A DNA stretch of 64,000 nt from Actinomycetes bacterium (lineage in GTDB: Bacteria; Bacillota; Sulfobacillia; Sulfobacillales; JAIMBI01). A program made the position numbers and the translations under genes. Location: positions 3,885-67,884 of the forward strand of contig JAIMBI010000006.1 in NCBI GenBank assembly GCA_023565505.1, in the 5' to 3' direction. Positions 50,312 to 59,535 of the stretch are shown in pieces; positions within the stretch are counted from its first letter, which is position 1, and each line of letters opens with the position of its first letter. Below the pieces are notes generated by a model. It ran no database searches. It saw only the letters and a list, made by a program, of their open reading frames with translations, and was not told where the DNA came from.

Positions 50312-51720
50312 GACCCGGCCAGGCGGACGCCCCCGGCCGGAGCGTGGCCGGACGGCACGAAGGGGGCGACGAGTTCGACCACGGTCCCGGACCCCGGACG
50401 GCTTCGGACGACGAACTGCCCCCCGAGCTCCTCCGCCCTCTGGGCGAGGTGCTTCAATCCGAAGTGACCCGGGGCGGCCGGTGCCTCCGGCGAGAATCCG
50501 ACGCCGTCGTCCTCCACCGTGATGCGGAACCGCTCGTCCTCCCCCCGCCACGTGATCTCGATGCGCTCGGCGTGGGCGTGGCGCGCGACGTTGGTGAGCG
50601 CCTCCCGGATCCACGCGAGGACGTTGTCGCGTTGCCGCGGACTCAACTGGTCGTACTGGCGGTCGCTGGTGTGAATCCGGGTCATGCCTTTGAGGCCCAG
50701 CTCCGCCACGATGGCGTTCACCGACTGGAGCCAGTCCTGCTGCTCCTGCTTGAGGTCGAAGATGTAGTGGCGAATGTCGCTGGTGATCCGGCTCAGGCGA
50801 TCGCCCAGGTCGTCCAGGATGTCCCGCAGCTCACGCTGCTCGGGCGGGATCTTCGGCAGGAGCGTGTCGATGGTCAGCATGACGCCGTACAGCGACTGGA
50901 TCGTGCCGTCGTGCAGGTCCATGCCGATGCGCTGGCGTTCCTCGATGACCGCGAGGCGTTCGAGTTCGTTGTTGAGCCGCGCATTCGAGATGAGGACCGC
51001 CGCCTGCCCGGCCAACAGCGCGACGAGCTCCTCGTCGTCCTCCGTGAACGGTCCCTGGGCCTTGTCGGTGAGATAGAGGTGCCCGACCACCTGTTCGCGG
51101 AAGAGCACCGGCATGCCGAGGAAGCTGGTCATCTCGGGGTGGTTCGGCGGCCAGCCCACGGAGGCGGGGTGCTCGCGGATGTTGGCCACCCGGAGCGGTC
51201 GGCGGGTGCGGATGACTTCGCCCAGGAGACCGCGGCCCCGGGGCAGCGAGCCGATGGCCCGGACCTGCTCCGTGGAGAGCCCGGACGTGATGAACCGGGC
51301 GATGGTCTCGTCGGGATTGAGGACCGCCAGCGCGCCGTAGCGGGCCCCGGTGAGCTCGCGGCTCAGCTGCACGACACGCTGCAGGATGCCTTCCCAGTCG
51401 CGGTCCTCCGCGATGGTGGTCATGGCCTCCTGCAGGAGGCGCAGGCGGTCGCGCTGTTGCTCGGTGGTCGCCAGAAGGCGCGCGAGTTCCGCGTACTGGG
51501 CCTTGATGCGGGTGAGGAAGCCGTGGGAGTAGAGCAGGGTGAGCACGATGGTCAGCCCGAAGATGACGGCGTCCGCCCGCGGCGTGGGCCAAAACCGGAC
51601 CAGCAGGAGGCGATCCACCAGCGCCAGGCCGATGAGGCCGCAGATCGGACTCAGGTAGGCCACCCAGTAACCCGCCCGGGTCAGCGGCGTGAGCAGCGGG
51701 GTCGTGGCGCGCGTGCTCAT
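50308..51720 (-). CDS. DosS/DevS-like GAF sensor histidine kinase (copy 1, 2 TM)
   Basis: ARYGALAV, P.G.GLLG, HPASVGWPPNHPEM.SFLG.P, LYLTDK, ER.RI..DLHD..IQ, EALTNVARHA, DDGVG, GL. Confidence 0.9.
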   Translation of the reverse strand: MSTRATTPLLTPLTRAGYWVAYLSPICGLIGLALVDRLLLVRFWPTPRADAVIFGLTIVLTLLYSHGFLTRIKAQYAELARLLATTEQQRDRLRLLQEAMTTIAEDRDWEGILQRVVQLSRELTGARYGALAVLNPDETIARFITSGLSTEQVRAIGSLPRGRGLLGEVIRTRRPLRVANIREHPASVGWPPNHPEMTSFLGMPVLFREQVVGHLYLTDKAQGPFTEDDEELVALLAGQAAVLISNARLNNELERLAVIEERQRIGMDLHDGTIQSLYGVMLTIDTLLPKIPPEQRELRDILDDLGDRLSRITSDIRHYIFDLKQEQQDWLQSVNAIVAELGLKGMTRIHTSDRQYDQLSPRQRDNVLAWIREALTNVARHAHAERIEITWRGEDERFRITVEDDGVGFSPEAPAAPGHFGLKHLAQRAEELGGQFVVRSRPGSGTVVELVAPFVPSGHAPAGGVRLAGS

Positions 51721-52397
51721 GGCGAGCCGGCCGGCTTCCTCTCCTGGGCCTCGCGCCGGGCGAGGTAGGCCGCCGCCTCGGCGCGGCGGTTGAGACCCAG
51801 CTTGGACAGGATGTTGCTGACGTAGTGCTTGACGGTCTTCTCGCTCAGGTAGACCTGCTCGCCGATCTCCCGGTTGGTGAGCCCCGCGGCGATGAGCTCC
51901 AGGATGCGGCGCTCCTGCTCCGTGAGGTCGTCCAACGGGTCGTGGGGGACGTTCCGCGTGGTCGCCCGCCGGAGCACCTTGTCGGCAACCGCCGGATCCA
52001 GGATGGAGCCGCCCTGCGCGACCGTGCGCACGGCGTCCAACACCGTCCGTCCCCGCGCATTCTTGAGGAGATAGCCGGCGGCACCGGCTTCGAGGGAGCT
52101 GAACAGCAGATCGTCGTCCCCGAAGGACGTCAGCATGATGACGTGCGTGTCGGGCTGCGCCGCCTTCCACTGCCGACACACGTCGACACCGGACCCGTCG
52201 GGCAGACGGATGTCCAGGAGCAACACGTCGACGGGGGTCGACCGCATCAGGCGCAGGGCCTCCTCCACCGTACCCGCTTCCCCCACCATGCGGCAGTCCG
52301 GCTCCTGGTTCAGGAGTTCCGCCAAGCCCACGCGGACCACTTCGTGGTCGTCCACCACGGCCACGCGGATCGGCTCACCCTCGGGCATGCTGGCCAT
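51717..52397 (-). CDS. DosR/DevR-like NarL-family response regulator (copy 1)
   Basis: VDDHEVVRVGL, LDIRLPDGSG, LTSF, GYLLK, LTNREIG..VYLSEKTVKHYVS. Confidence 0.93.
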   Translation of the reverse strand: MASMPEGEPIRVAVVDDHEVVRVGLAELLNQEPDCRMVGEAGTVEEALRLMRSTPVDVLLLDIRLPDGSGVDVCRQWKAAQPDTHVIMLTSFGDDDLLFSSLEAGAAGYLLKNARGRTVLDAVRTVAQGGSILDPAVADKVLRRATTRNVPHDPLDDLTEQERRILELIAAGLTNREIGEQVYLSEKTVKHYVSNILSKLGLNRRAEAAAYLARREAQERKPAGSP

Positions 52398-52638
52398 GCT
52401 TGTTCCCCTCCGGTAGGTTCCGCTCGCACTTACGCCGGACGTCTCGATCTTCAGCATACCATGGCAAATTCCCGCGCGTGAAGGAAAGCGGCGGCGCCCG
52501 CCGGAGCTTCCTCCGGGGGGTCGTCCGGAAACCCCGATGGTGGTCGTTCGGCTCGGCGCAGGGCGCCTGCCGGTCCGTACGATGCAGCGGGCGGGGATAT
52601 CCGGAGCGCCCGGCCACGGGCGTCGGGAGGGTCGGAGA

Positions 52639-53217
52639 ATGTCATCACAGGACGCGGCGACGGTGTCGTCCCGATGGCTCGAGGCGATGGCGGCCTCGGT
52701 GCGCGAGGTGGTGCTCGGCGTCAACGACGGTCTGGTGTCCATCACGGGCCTGGTGGTCGGCGTGGGGGCGTCGGGGATGGCCGCCCGGTTGGTGTTGCTG
52801 GCGGGACTGGCGGCCACGGCCGCGGCCACGGTGTCGATGGCGGTCGGGACCTACCTGGCGGCCGCCGCCGAGTATGAGTATCGGAGGGCGCGCGGGGAAC
52901 GGGCGGCGGCGTCGCCGGGCGGGGGAGCCGGGCCCGGCCCGGCGGTCCGGGCGGCCGTGATGGGCCTGGCCGTCGTCTTGGGGTCCCTTCCGCCTTTGCT
53001 GCCGTTTCTGCTGCCGTTGGCGCCGGGCGAGGCCTTGGGGGCCGCCGTGATCCTGGCCGCGGTCGCCGCCTTCGGGTTGGGGGTGGCCAAAGGCCGACTG
53101 ACGCGCACGGCACCGTGGCGGGCCGGGATCGTCTTCGTCGGGGCGGCCGCGTTCGCGGCCGGGTGCGGCATGCTGGTGGGCCGTCTGCTCGGGGGGCTTC
53201 CCGTGACCGGCGCTTGA
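52639..53217 (+). CDS. VIT1/CCC1-family metal transporter (short form)
   Basis: REVVLGVNDGLVS, SMAVG.YL, G..PPLLPF, G..K motifs. Confidence 0.88.
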   Translation: MSSQDAATVSSRWLEAMAASVREVVLGVNDGLVSITGLVVGVGASGMAARLVLLAGLAATAAATVSMAVGTYLAAAAEYEYRRARGERAAASPGGGAGPGPAVRAAVMGLAVVLGSLPPLLPFLLPLAPGEALGAAVILAAVAAFGLGVAKGRLTRTAPWRAGIVFVGAAAFAAGCGMLVGRLLGGLPVTGA

Positions 53218-53388
53218 CGGGGACAGCGTGGCGGCCGGGGACGACGGCTCCGGGCGGACGGTCCACCCTGTGGCGCCGGGCCCGTCAGGGCCGGCCGTCC
53301 GGCAGGAACTTCGTCCGCCGAGCCGAACCCTTACGACACCGGCCCGGGAGCGCCGGCAGCCGGGGACGCGCGGAGGCCGCACACACGC

Positions 53389-53961
53389 ATGTCCGAAGAG
53401 GACCGGGAACGTTGGAATGCCCGATATCGGGCCGGCCACGGACCCCGGGGTCTTCCCGACCCCGAGGTGGTCCGGTGGGTAGGAACGGTGCCGCCCGGCG
53501 GGCGCGCCTTGGACGTGGCCGCCGGCACGGGCCGGCATGCGCTCTGGCTCGCGGAGCGCGGCTGGATCGTCGACGCCGTCGACGTCTCCGAGGTGGCGTT
53601 GTCCGAGCTGGGCCGTGAAGCCGAGGCGCGGGGCGTCCCGGATCGCATCCACATCATTTGGGCCGACCTCGACGACTGGTCCCCGCCGCCGGGGCGGTAC
53701 CGCCTCGTCGTCATGGCGTTCTTCGTGGACCGGCCGCTGCTGGACCGTCTCGATCTCGCCCTGAAGCCCGGCGGTTTCCTGTTCTGCCGGTCGTTCCTGG
53801 AGCATTCCCCCCTGCTGGCCCACAATCCCGGCCACGCGTGGCGGCCGGGAGAGCTCGGGGAACGGTTCGCCCACTGGCGCATCCTCCACCTGCACGAATC
53901 CGCCAAGACGGCGCTCGTGACCTTGTGGGCGCAGAAACCGCCCGCCGAGTCCGGCCGGTGA
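53389..53961 (+). CDS. class I SAM-dependent methyltransferase (TehB-like)
   Basis: W..RY, ALDVAAGTGRHALWLA.RG..V.AVD.S, ADLD, LKPGG. Confidence 0.88.
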   Translation: MSEEDRERWNARYRAGHGPRGLPDPEVVRWVGTVPPGGRALDVAAGTGRHALWLAERGWIVDAVDVSEVALSELGREAEARGVPDRIHIIWADLDDWSPPPGRYRLVVMAFFVDRPLLDRLDLALKPGGFLFCRSFLEHSPLLAHNPGHAWRPGELGERFAHWRILHLHESAKTALVTLWAQKPPAESGR

Positions 53962-53981
53962 TCTCTCGGGCACCGGCGCAA

Positions 53982-54087
53982 GGACCGAACGGCCCATCCC
54001 CGGATGGGCCATCCGCCCGGGTTGGGCCCACGACAAACGGCCCTATGGACTGCCGCCCTCCGCCCCTACGCTAGGGCCAAGCGACCG
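53982..54087. promoter_or_regulatory. array of DosR-box-like palindromes upstream of oxidase subunit I
   Basis: GGACC-GAAC-GGCCC (53982), GGGCC-ATCC-GCCCG (54006), ACGAC-AAAC-GGCCC (54030), GGGCC-AAGC-GACCG (54074); first three spaced 24 bp. Confidence 0.5.
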
Positions 54088-54153
54088 GGGCCCGACGTGT
54101 CTCCGAGGGGTTCGATGCGGGCCTGCGAGGGTCGCTCGGGAGGGAACGGCCGG

Positions 54154-56055
54154 ATGGCGACGCTGGAACAAGCGGGCCACGGGTCGGTGGAGCCGGTACG
54201 CTCCGACCGTCGCGCATGGCTCTGGGATTGGCTGTCCGTCGTCGATCACAAACGGATCGGCCAGGTCTACATCCTGGCGGGCCTCTTCTTCTTGGCCGTG
54301 GGGGGCGTCGAGGCCTTCCTGATGCGGCTGCAGCTGTTCCGCCCCGACAACCACCTCGTCGGCGCGGAGGCCTTCAACGAGCTGTTCACCATGCACGGGA
54401 CCACGATGATCTTCCTGGCTGCGATGCCGCTCCTGACGGGATTCATCAACGTCGTGGTGCCGCTGCAGATCGGGGCGCGCGACGTGGCGTTCCCGCGGCT
54501 TAATGCCTTGAGCCTCTGGCTGTTCGTCGCGGGCGCCCTGCTGCTCAATTCCAGCTGGTTCCTCGGCGGCGCGCCCAACGCCGGATGGTTCAACTACGCA
54601 CCGATCAGCAACGTCGCCTACAACCCGGGCCACGCCATCGACTTCTACGACATCGGCCTGCAGATCACGGGCATCAGCTCGATGCTCACGGCCATCAACT
54701 TCCTGGTGACGATCATCAACCTCCGGGCGCCCGGCATGACCTTCATGCGGCTGCCGATGTTCGTCTGGACCACCATCGTCACCATGATCCTGATTCTCTT
54801 CGCGTTTCCGCCGCTCACGGTCAACCTGTTCCTGCAGACGTTCGACCGGCTCTTCGGCGCGCAGTTCTTCAACGCCGCCACGGGGGGCAGCCCGCTCCTG
54901 TGGGCCAACCTGTTCTGGATCTTCGGCCACCCCGAGGTCTACATCGTGGTGCTGCCGGCCTTCGGGATGATCTCGGAGGTCGTGCCGGTGTTCTCCCGCA
55001 AGCCCCTGTTCGGCTACGCCAGCATGGTCCTGGCGACGTTGGCCATCGGGTTCCTCTCGTTCATGGTGTGGGTGCACCACATGTTCACCCTGGGTTACGG
55101 GCCGTGGATCAACGCCACGTTCGCGCTGTCCTCCATGCTCATCGCCGTGCCCACGGGGGTGAAGGTCTTCAACTGGCTCGCCACGATGTGGGGCGGGCGG
55201 ATCCGGTTCACCGTGGCCATGCACTGGGTGGTCGCGTTCCTCGTCTGCTTCGTCATCGGGGGCATGAGCGGCGTCATGCTGGCCATGGCGCCGGCGGACC
55301 TGCAGTTCAACAACAGCTATTTCGTGGTGGCGCACTTCCACTACACCCTCATCGGCGGCGTCGTCTTCGGGATCTTCGCCGGACTGTACTACTGGTACCC
55401 GAAGATCACGGGGCGGCTGCTCGACGAGCGGCTCGGCAAGTGGAGTTTTTGGCTGGTGTTCCTGGGGTTCAACACGACGTTCTTCCCCATGCACTTCCTG
55501 GGCATGCTCGGCATGCCCCGCCGCATCTTCACCTACGGGGCCGGCCTCGGGTTCACGCTGTGGAACCAGGTGGCGACGGCGGGGGTCTTCGTGATGGCGG
55601 CGGGTGTCGTCCTGCTCCTCGTCAACCTCGCCGTGTCGTACCGTCGGGGGGCCCTCGCCGGGGCGGATCCGTGGGACGGACGGACGCTCGAGTGGGCCGT
55701 CAGCTCCCCGCCGCCGCCGTACAACTTTGCCCGCCTGCCGCTGGTGCGGGGTTACGACGCCTACTGGACGGAGAAGATCCACGGCGACGGCCGGCTGCTG
55801 CCCGCGCCCGAGCCGGCCGCGGCGCATGCGCCGCCGGGCACGGTCCACATGCCGAGCCCGACGCTGGTGCCGGCGGTCCTGGCGCTGGCGGTGCTCATGG
55901 CCGGTTACGGCCTCATCTTCCACTGGCTGTGGCTTGACCTGGTCGGGTTCGGACTCCTGGCGGCGGCGCTCCACCGGTCCATGTTCACGCCCGACCCCGG
56001 CGTGTATGTCCCCATAGCCGAAGAGGAGGCCGGGACGGCGGTCCGCACCGACTGA
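54154..56055 (+). CDS. ctaD: cytochrome c oxidase subunit I (A1-type heme-copper oxidase)
   Basis: DHKRIG, HGTTMIF, GHPEVY, WVHHM, PTGVK, AHFHY, GMPRR; lacks quinol-oxidase R/D residues in helix I (VGGVEA). Confidence 0.95.
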   Translation: MATLEQAGHGSVEPVRSDRRAWLWDWLSVVDHKRIGQVYILAGLFFLAVGGVEAFLMRLQLFRPDNHLVGAEAFNELFTMHGTTMIFLAAMPLLTGFINVVVPLQIGARDVAFPRLNALSLWLFVAGALLLNSSWFLGGAPNAGWFNYAPISNVAYNPGHAIDFYDIGLQITGISSMLTAINFLVTIINLRAPGMTFMRLPMFVWTTIVTMILILFAFPPLTVNLFLQTFDRLFGAQFFNAATGGSPLLWANLFWIFGHPEVYIVVLPAFGMISEVVPVFSRKPLFGYASMVLATLAIGFLSFMVWVHHMFTLGYGPWINATFALSSMLIAVPTGVKVFNWLATMWGGRIRFTVAMHWVVAFLVCFVIGGMSGVMLAMAPADLQFNNSYFVVAHFHYTLIGGVVFGIFAGLYYWYPKITGRLLDERLGKWSFWLVFLGFNTTFFPMHFLGMLGMPRRIFTYGAGLGFTLWNQVATAGVFVMAAGVVLLLVNLAVSYRRGALAGADPWDGRTLEWAVSSPPPPYNFARLPLVRGYDAYWTEKIHGDGRLLPAPEPAAAHAPPGTVHMPSPTLVPAVLALAVLMAGYGLIFHWLWLDLVGFGLLAAALHRSMFTPDPGVYVPIAEEEAGTAVRTD

Positions 56056-56101
56056 CCCGGCGGCCCGGCCCCACATCCACACGAAGAAGCAGGAGGATCA
56101 C

Positions 56102-56935
56102 GTGTTACGCGTACACCCGCAGCTCAAGGACGAGCGTCTTCTGGCCCTGTTCGAACGGGGCGTGGAGCGGCAGTGGCCGAGCGCCCTGCTGGACTGGAGC
56201 CAGGAGGAACGGTGGGATCGGCGGGACTTGGAAGCCCTGGCGGCCATCATCACGCCCGTGTACCTGGGGGAACAGACGGCCATGCTGGGGGTGAGCGCCA
56301 TCCTGCCGCGGCTGTTGACCGCAGGCGAGACGGAAGCCGCACTGTACCTGGCGAGCATGGGCCTGGACGAAGCCCGGCACTTCCGCAACCTCTCGCGGTT
56401 CTTCGACCGCCACCAGGTTACCCCCTGGCCCACCCGGCGGCTGCCCGAGATGTGGCGCTACCACGCGCGACTCTTGCAGAGCGGGGATCCGATCGACTGG
56501 CTATGGGGCATCCTCATCAGCGATCTGTTCGCGCGGCTGTTCTACGGCCGGCTGCGGGAACAGTATCCCGACCTCTTGATTGGCCGATTGGCTCGCCGGA
56601 CCCTGGTCGACGAGGCGCGCCACCAGGCGTTCGCCGACCGTTACCTCACGCCGCGGCTGGTTGGGGTGGACGCGGAGCGGCGCCGTGAGCTCTTAGGGCT
56701 CCGCGACGACCTGTTCCGGACCATGGATGCCTTGACGCACCGGTTGGCCGGTCCGCTGGGGGATCTGGGCTGGTCCGGCACGGCCTTCCTCGCCGAGCTG
56801 TGGGACGACACGGAGCGGTGGGCGGGACGCCTGGGTTTGACGGACGCGGGGGCGACGCCCGCGGCCTGGCGGGACGGGGAGGATCAGGAGAGCAAGAGCG
56901 CGAAGGGCGCTGTGAGTTCGACGCGCGTGCCCTGA
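56102..56935 (+). CDS. ferritin-like di-iron four-helix-bundle protein
   Basis: GE...DEARH ... D ... DEARH paired ExxH motifs; AGGAGG RBS. Confidence 0.8.
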   Translation: MLRVHPQLKDERLLALFERGVERQWPSALLDWSQEERWDRRDLEALAAIITPVYLGEQTAMLGVSAILPRLLTAGETEAALYLASMGLDEARHFRNLSRFFDRHQVTPWPTRRLPEMWRYHARLLQSGDPIDWLWGILISDLFARLFYGRLREQYPDLLIGRLARRTLVDEARHQAFADRYLTPRLVGVDAERRRELLGLRDDLFRTMDALTHRLAGPLGDLGWSGTAFLAELWDDTERWAGRLGLTDAGATPAAWRDGEDQESKSAKGAVSSTRVP

Positions 56936-58269
56936 CCGGGCCGGCTCGCGAGCGCGAACGTGCCCCCCAGGTCCCGGGCCCGCCGGGCGAGGTGCTGCAG
57001 GCCGAAGTGCCCGGGGGGAGGCGGCTCCTCCGGGACGAACCCCACGCCGTCGTCCTCGACGATCACGCGGAACTGCTCGCCTTCCGCCCGCCAGGTGACG
57101 TCCACCCGGTCGGCGTGGGCATGACGGGCGACGTTGGCGAGCGCTTCGCGCAACCACCCCAGGACGGTCTCGCACTGGCGCGGGGACAGATCGCCGAAGC
57201 GGCGGTCCGCGGCGTGGATGTAGGTCCGATCCGCCAGCCCGAGGCTCCGCGCGATGCTCAGCACGGCCTCGGACCAGTCGTCCGAGGCGGACTTGAGGTC
57301 GAAGACGTAGTGGCGGATGTCGCCCGTGATCCGGGTCAGGCGGTCTCCCAGGTCGTCGAGGACGGCGCGGACGGCCGGGGGCGCGTCCGCAAAGCGGGTC
57401 AGGAGGGCGTCGATCCGGAGCATGACGCCGTAGAGGGATTGGATCGTCCCGTCGTGCAGCTCCATGCTGATCCGCTGGCGCTCCTCCACCACCGCCAGTC
57501 GCTCCAGCTCGCGGTTGAGGCGCGCGTTGGAGATGAGGACGGCGGCGTGGGACGCCATCAGGCCGACGAGATCCTCGTCGGCCTGGGTGAAGGGACCGTC
57601 CTGCTTGTTGGTCAGGTAGAGGTGGCCCACCACCTGGTTCCGGAAGAGGACGGGCATTCCGAGGAAGTTGGTGATGTCCGGGTGGTTCGGCGGCCAGCCG
57701 GCGGACCGCGGGTGCTGCCGGATGTCGTCCAACCGGATGGGCCGCCGGGTGCGGAGCACCTCGCCCAGCAGCCCATGGCTGCGCGGCAGGGACCCGATGG
57801 CCCGGATCTCCTCCGGGGAGAGGCCGGACGGGATGAAACGGGTCATGGTGCCTTCGGGCGAGAAGATCGCGAGGACCCCGTAGCGCGCGCCCGTGAGCGC
57901 CCGGCTCAGCTCGACGACCCGGCGCAGGATGAAGTCGACGTCCCGCTCCGTGGCGATACCGGTCATGGCCTCGTGCAGCAGGCGCAGCCGGTCGCGCTGG
58001 GCGCGCGTGATGGCGAGCAGTCGGGCCTGCTCGGCGTACTGGCGCTTGATCCGGCTCAGGAAGGCGTGCGAGTAGACCAGCGTGAAGAGCAGCGCGAGCA
58101 CCACGGTGGCGGTGTCGGCGTCGGCGACCGGCATGAGGCGGACCAGGACCAGGCGGTTGAGGACGGCGAGCAGCGTCAGGCCGGCCGCCGGGCCGCCGTA
58201 GGCCAGCCACTGGCCGGGTCCGGAGAAGGGATTGAGCTCCTGGAGGCGGGCGATCCACGGGTTCGTCAT
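56884..58269 (-). CDS. DosS/DevS-like GAF sensor histidine kinase (copy 2, 2 TM)
   Basis: HPRSAGWPPNHPDI.NFLG.P, LYLTNK, ELHDGTIQ, EALANVARHA, DDGVG; paralog of 50308..51720. Confidence 0.9.
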   Translation of the reverse strand: MTNPWIARLQELNPFSGPGQWLAYGGPAAGLTLLAVLNRLVLVRLMPVADADTATVVLALLFTLVYSHAFLSRIKRQYAEQARLLAITRAQRDRLRLLHEAMTGIATERDVDFILRRVVELSRALTGARYGVLAIFSPEGTMTRFIPSGLSPEEIRAIGSLPRSHGLLGEVLRTRRPIRLDDIRQHPRSAGWPPNHPDITNFLGMPVLFRNQVVGHLYLTNKQDGPFTQADEDLVGLMASHAAVLISNARLNRELERLAVVEERQRISMELHDGTIQSLYGVMLRIDALLTRFADAPPAVRAVLDDLGDRLTRITGDIRHYVFDLKSASDDWSEAVLSIARSLGLADRTYIHAADRRFGDLSPRQCETVLGWLREALANVARHAHADRVDVTWRAEGEQFRVIVEDDGVGFVPEEPPPPGHFGLQHLARRARDLGGTFALASRPGQGTRVELTAPFALLLS

Positions 58270-58940
58270 GGCCCCGCTTCGGATCCGGGGTACGTCGGTT
58301 CGCGGCGCGCCAGGTAGGCGGCGGCCTCCGCCCGCCGGGTGAGTCCCAGCTTGTCGAGGATGTTGCTGACGTAGTGCTTGACGGTCTTCTCGCTCAGGAA
58401 GATCCGCGCCCCGATCTCCCGGTTGGTGAGGCCCTGGGCGATGAGCGTCAGGATGCGCCGCTCCTGAGGCGTCAGCTCGTCCAGCGGATCACGGTGCGGG
58501 CGCGGCGCGCCGGCGCTGCGGAGCACCTTGGAGGCCACCGCCGGGTCGAGGATGGACCCCCCGTCGGCCACCGTGCGGATGGCTTCCAGGACGGTGCGGC
58601 CCCGGGCGTTCTTGAGGAGATAGCCCGCCGCCCCGGCTTCGAGGGCGGCGAAGAGGAGATCGTCGTCTCCGAACGAGGTCAGGATGATGATGTGCGTCGA
58701 GGGTTGGGTCTGGGCCCACTGCCGGCAGACGTCGATGCCCGACCCGTCCGGAAGGCGGATGTCGAGCAGCAGCACGTCGACCTCAGTCGACCGGAGCAGT
58801 TCGAGGGCCTCCTGCACGCTGCCGGCCTCGCCCACCAGTCGGAAGTCCGGCTGCGCCGCCAGAAGACCGGCCAGCCCCACGCGGACCACCTCGTGGTCGT
58901 CGACCACGGCGACCCGGACCACCGATCCTGCTTCCGCCAT
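58266..58940 (-). CDS. DosR/DevR-like response regulator (copy 2)
   Basis: VDDHEVVRVGL, LDIRLPDGSG, LSEKTVKHYVSNIL; paralog of 51717..52397. Confidence 0.93.
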   Translation of the reverse strand: MAEAGSVVRVAVVDDHEVVRVGLAGLLAAQPDFRLVGEAGSVQEALELLRSTEVDVLLLDIRLPDGSGIDVCRQWAQTQPSTHIIILTSFGDDDLLFAALEAGAAGYLLKNARGRTVLEAIRTVADGGSILDPAVASKVLRSAGAPRPHRDPLDELTPQERRILTLIAQGLTNREIGARIFLSEKTVKHYVSNILDKLGLTRRAEAAAYLARREPTYPGSEAGP

Positions 58941-58985
58941 GATGCGCACCTCCGTGCGTTGAAACCGTCCCGAGCCGGCGCCCTG

Positions 58986-59243
58986 TCACGAGGATTCGCG
59001 GACCTCCGTCCGCCATGCGCGGTTCTTGGCGATCCAGTCCCGGTCGAACGCCGGGACCTGCGCCTCGGGATAGATGGCGCCCACGGGGCAAACGGGTTCG
59101 CACTGCCCGCAGTCGGTGCACGCCAGCGGGTCGATGAGGCGGGTGAACCGGCCGCGCCGGATGGCGTTCGCAGGGCAGACCCGCTCGCATTCCGGCGTGA
59201 ACGTCATCTCGTTGATGCAGGCCGAGGTTACGACGTAGGCCAA
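58986..59243 (-). CDS. 7Fe-type ferredoxin (FdxA-like)
   Basis: MAYVVT..C....C..VCP..AI ... IDP..CTDCGQCEPVCPV.AIY; TTG start after GGAGGAG. Confidence 0.88.
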   Translation of the reverse strand: MAYVVTSACINEMTFTPECERVCPANAIRRGRFTRLIDPLACTDCGQCEPVCPVGAIYPEAQVPAFDRDWIAKNRAWRTEVRESS

Positions 59244-59535
59244 TGTCGGCGCTCCTCCCCCGTCCGGTCGGCTTGACGGGCGCCGTGCGGACGCTCGTCG
59301 TCTTCTTCACACTGGATCCGTCGACCGGGTTTGGTGAGGATCCAATGGCCCTGATTGAGAGGGTCGAACGACGCATCTTCCCGTCCCCGCCGTGTACGGC
59401 CGCCGGGCCCGAGGGCGGGCCGTCCGGCCTCCGGTCGTCCCGACTGAAGACCCTTCCCGACACGCGCGACAATTGCCGCAATGAGCTCAGGGAACCTGTC
59501 GGCCCCGGCGGGCACAAGATAGAGGGGAGGTACGC

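Noticed and set aside
50308-58940. Paralogous RR-HK pairs as ends of a composite transposon or an assembly duplication
   Set aside because: The copies are clearly diverged, with different N-termini and many substitutions, and no transposase or terminal repeats are associated.
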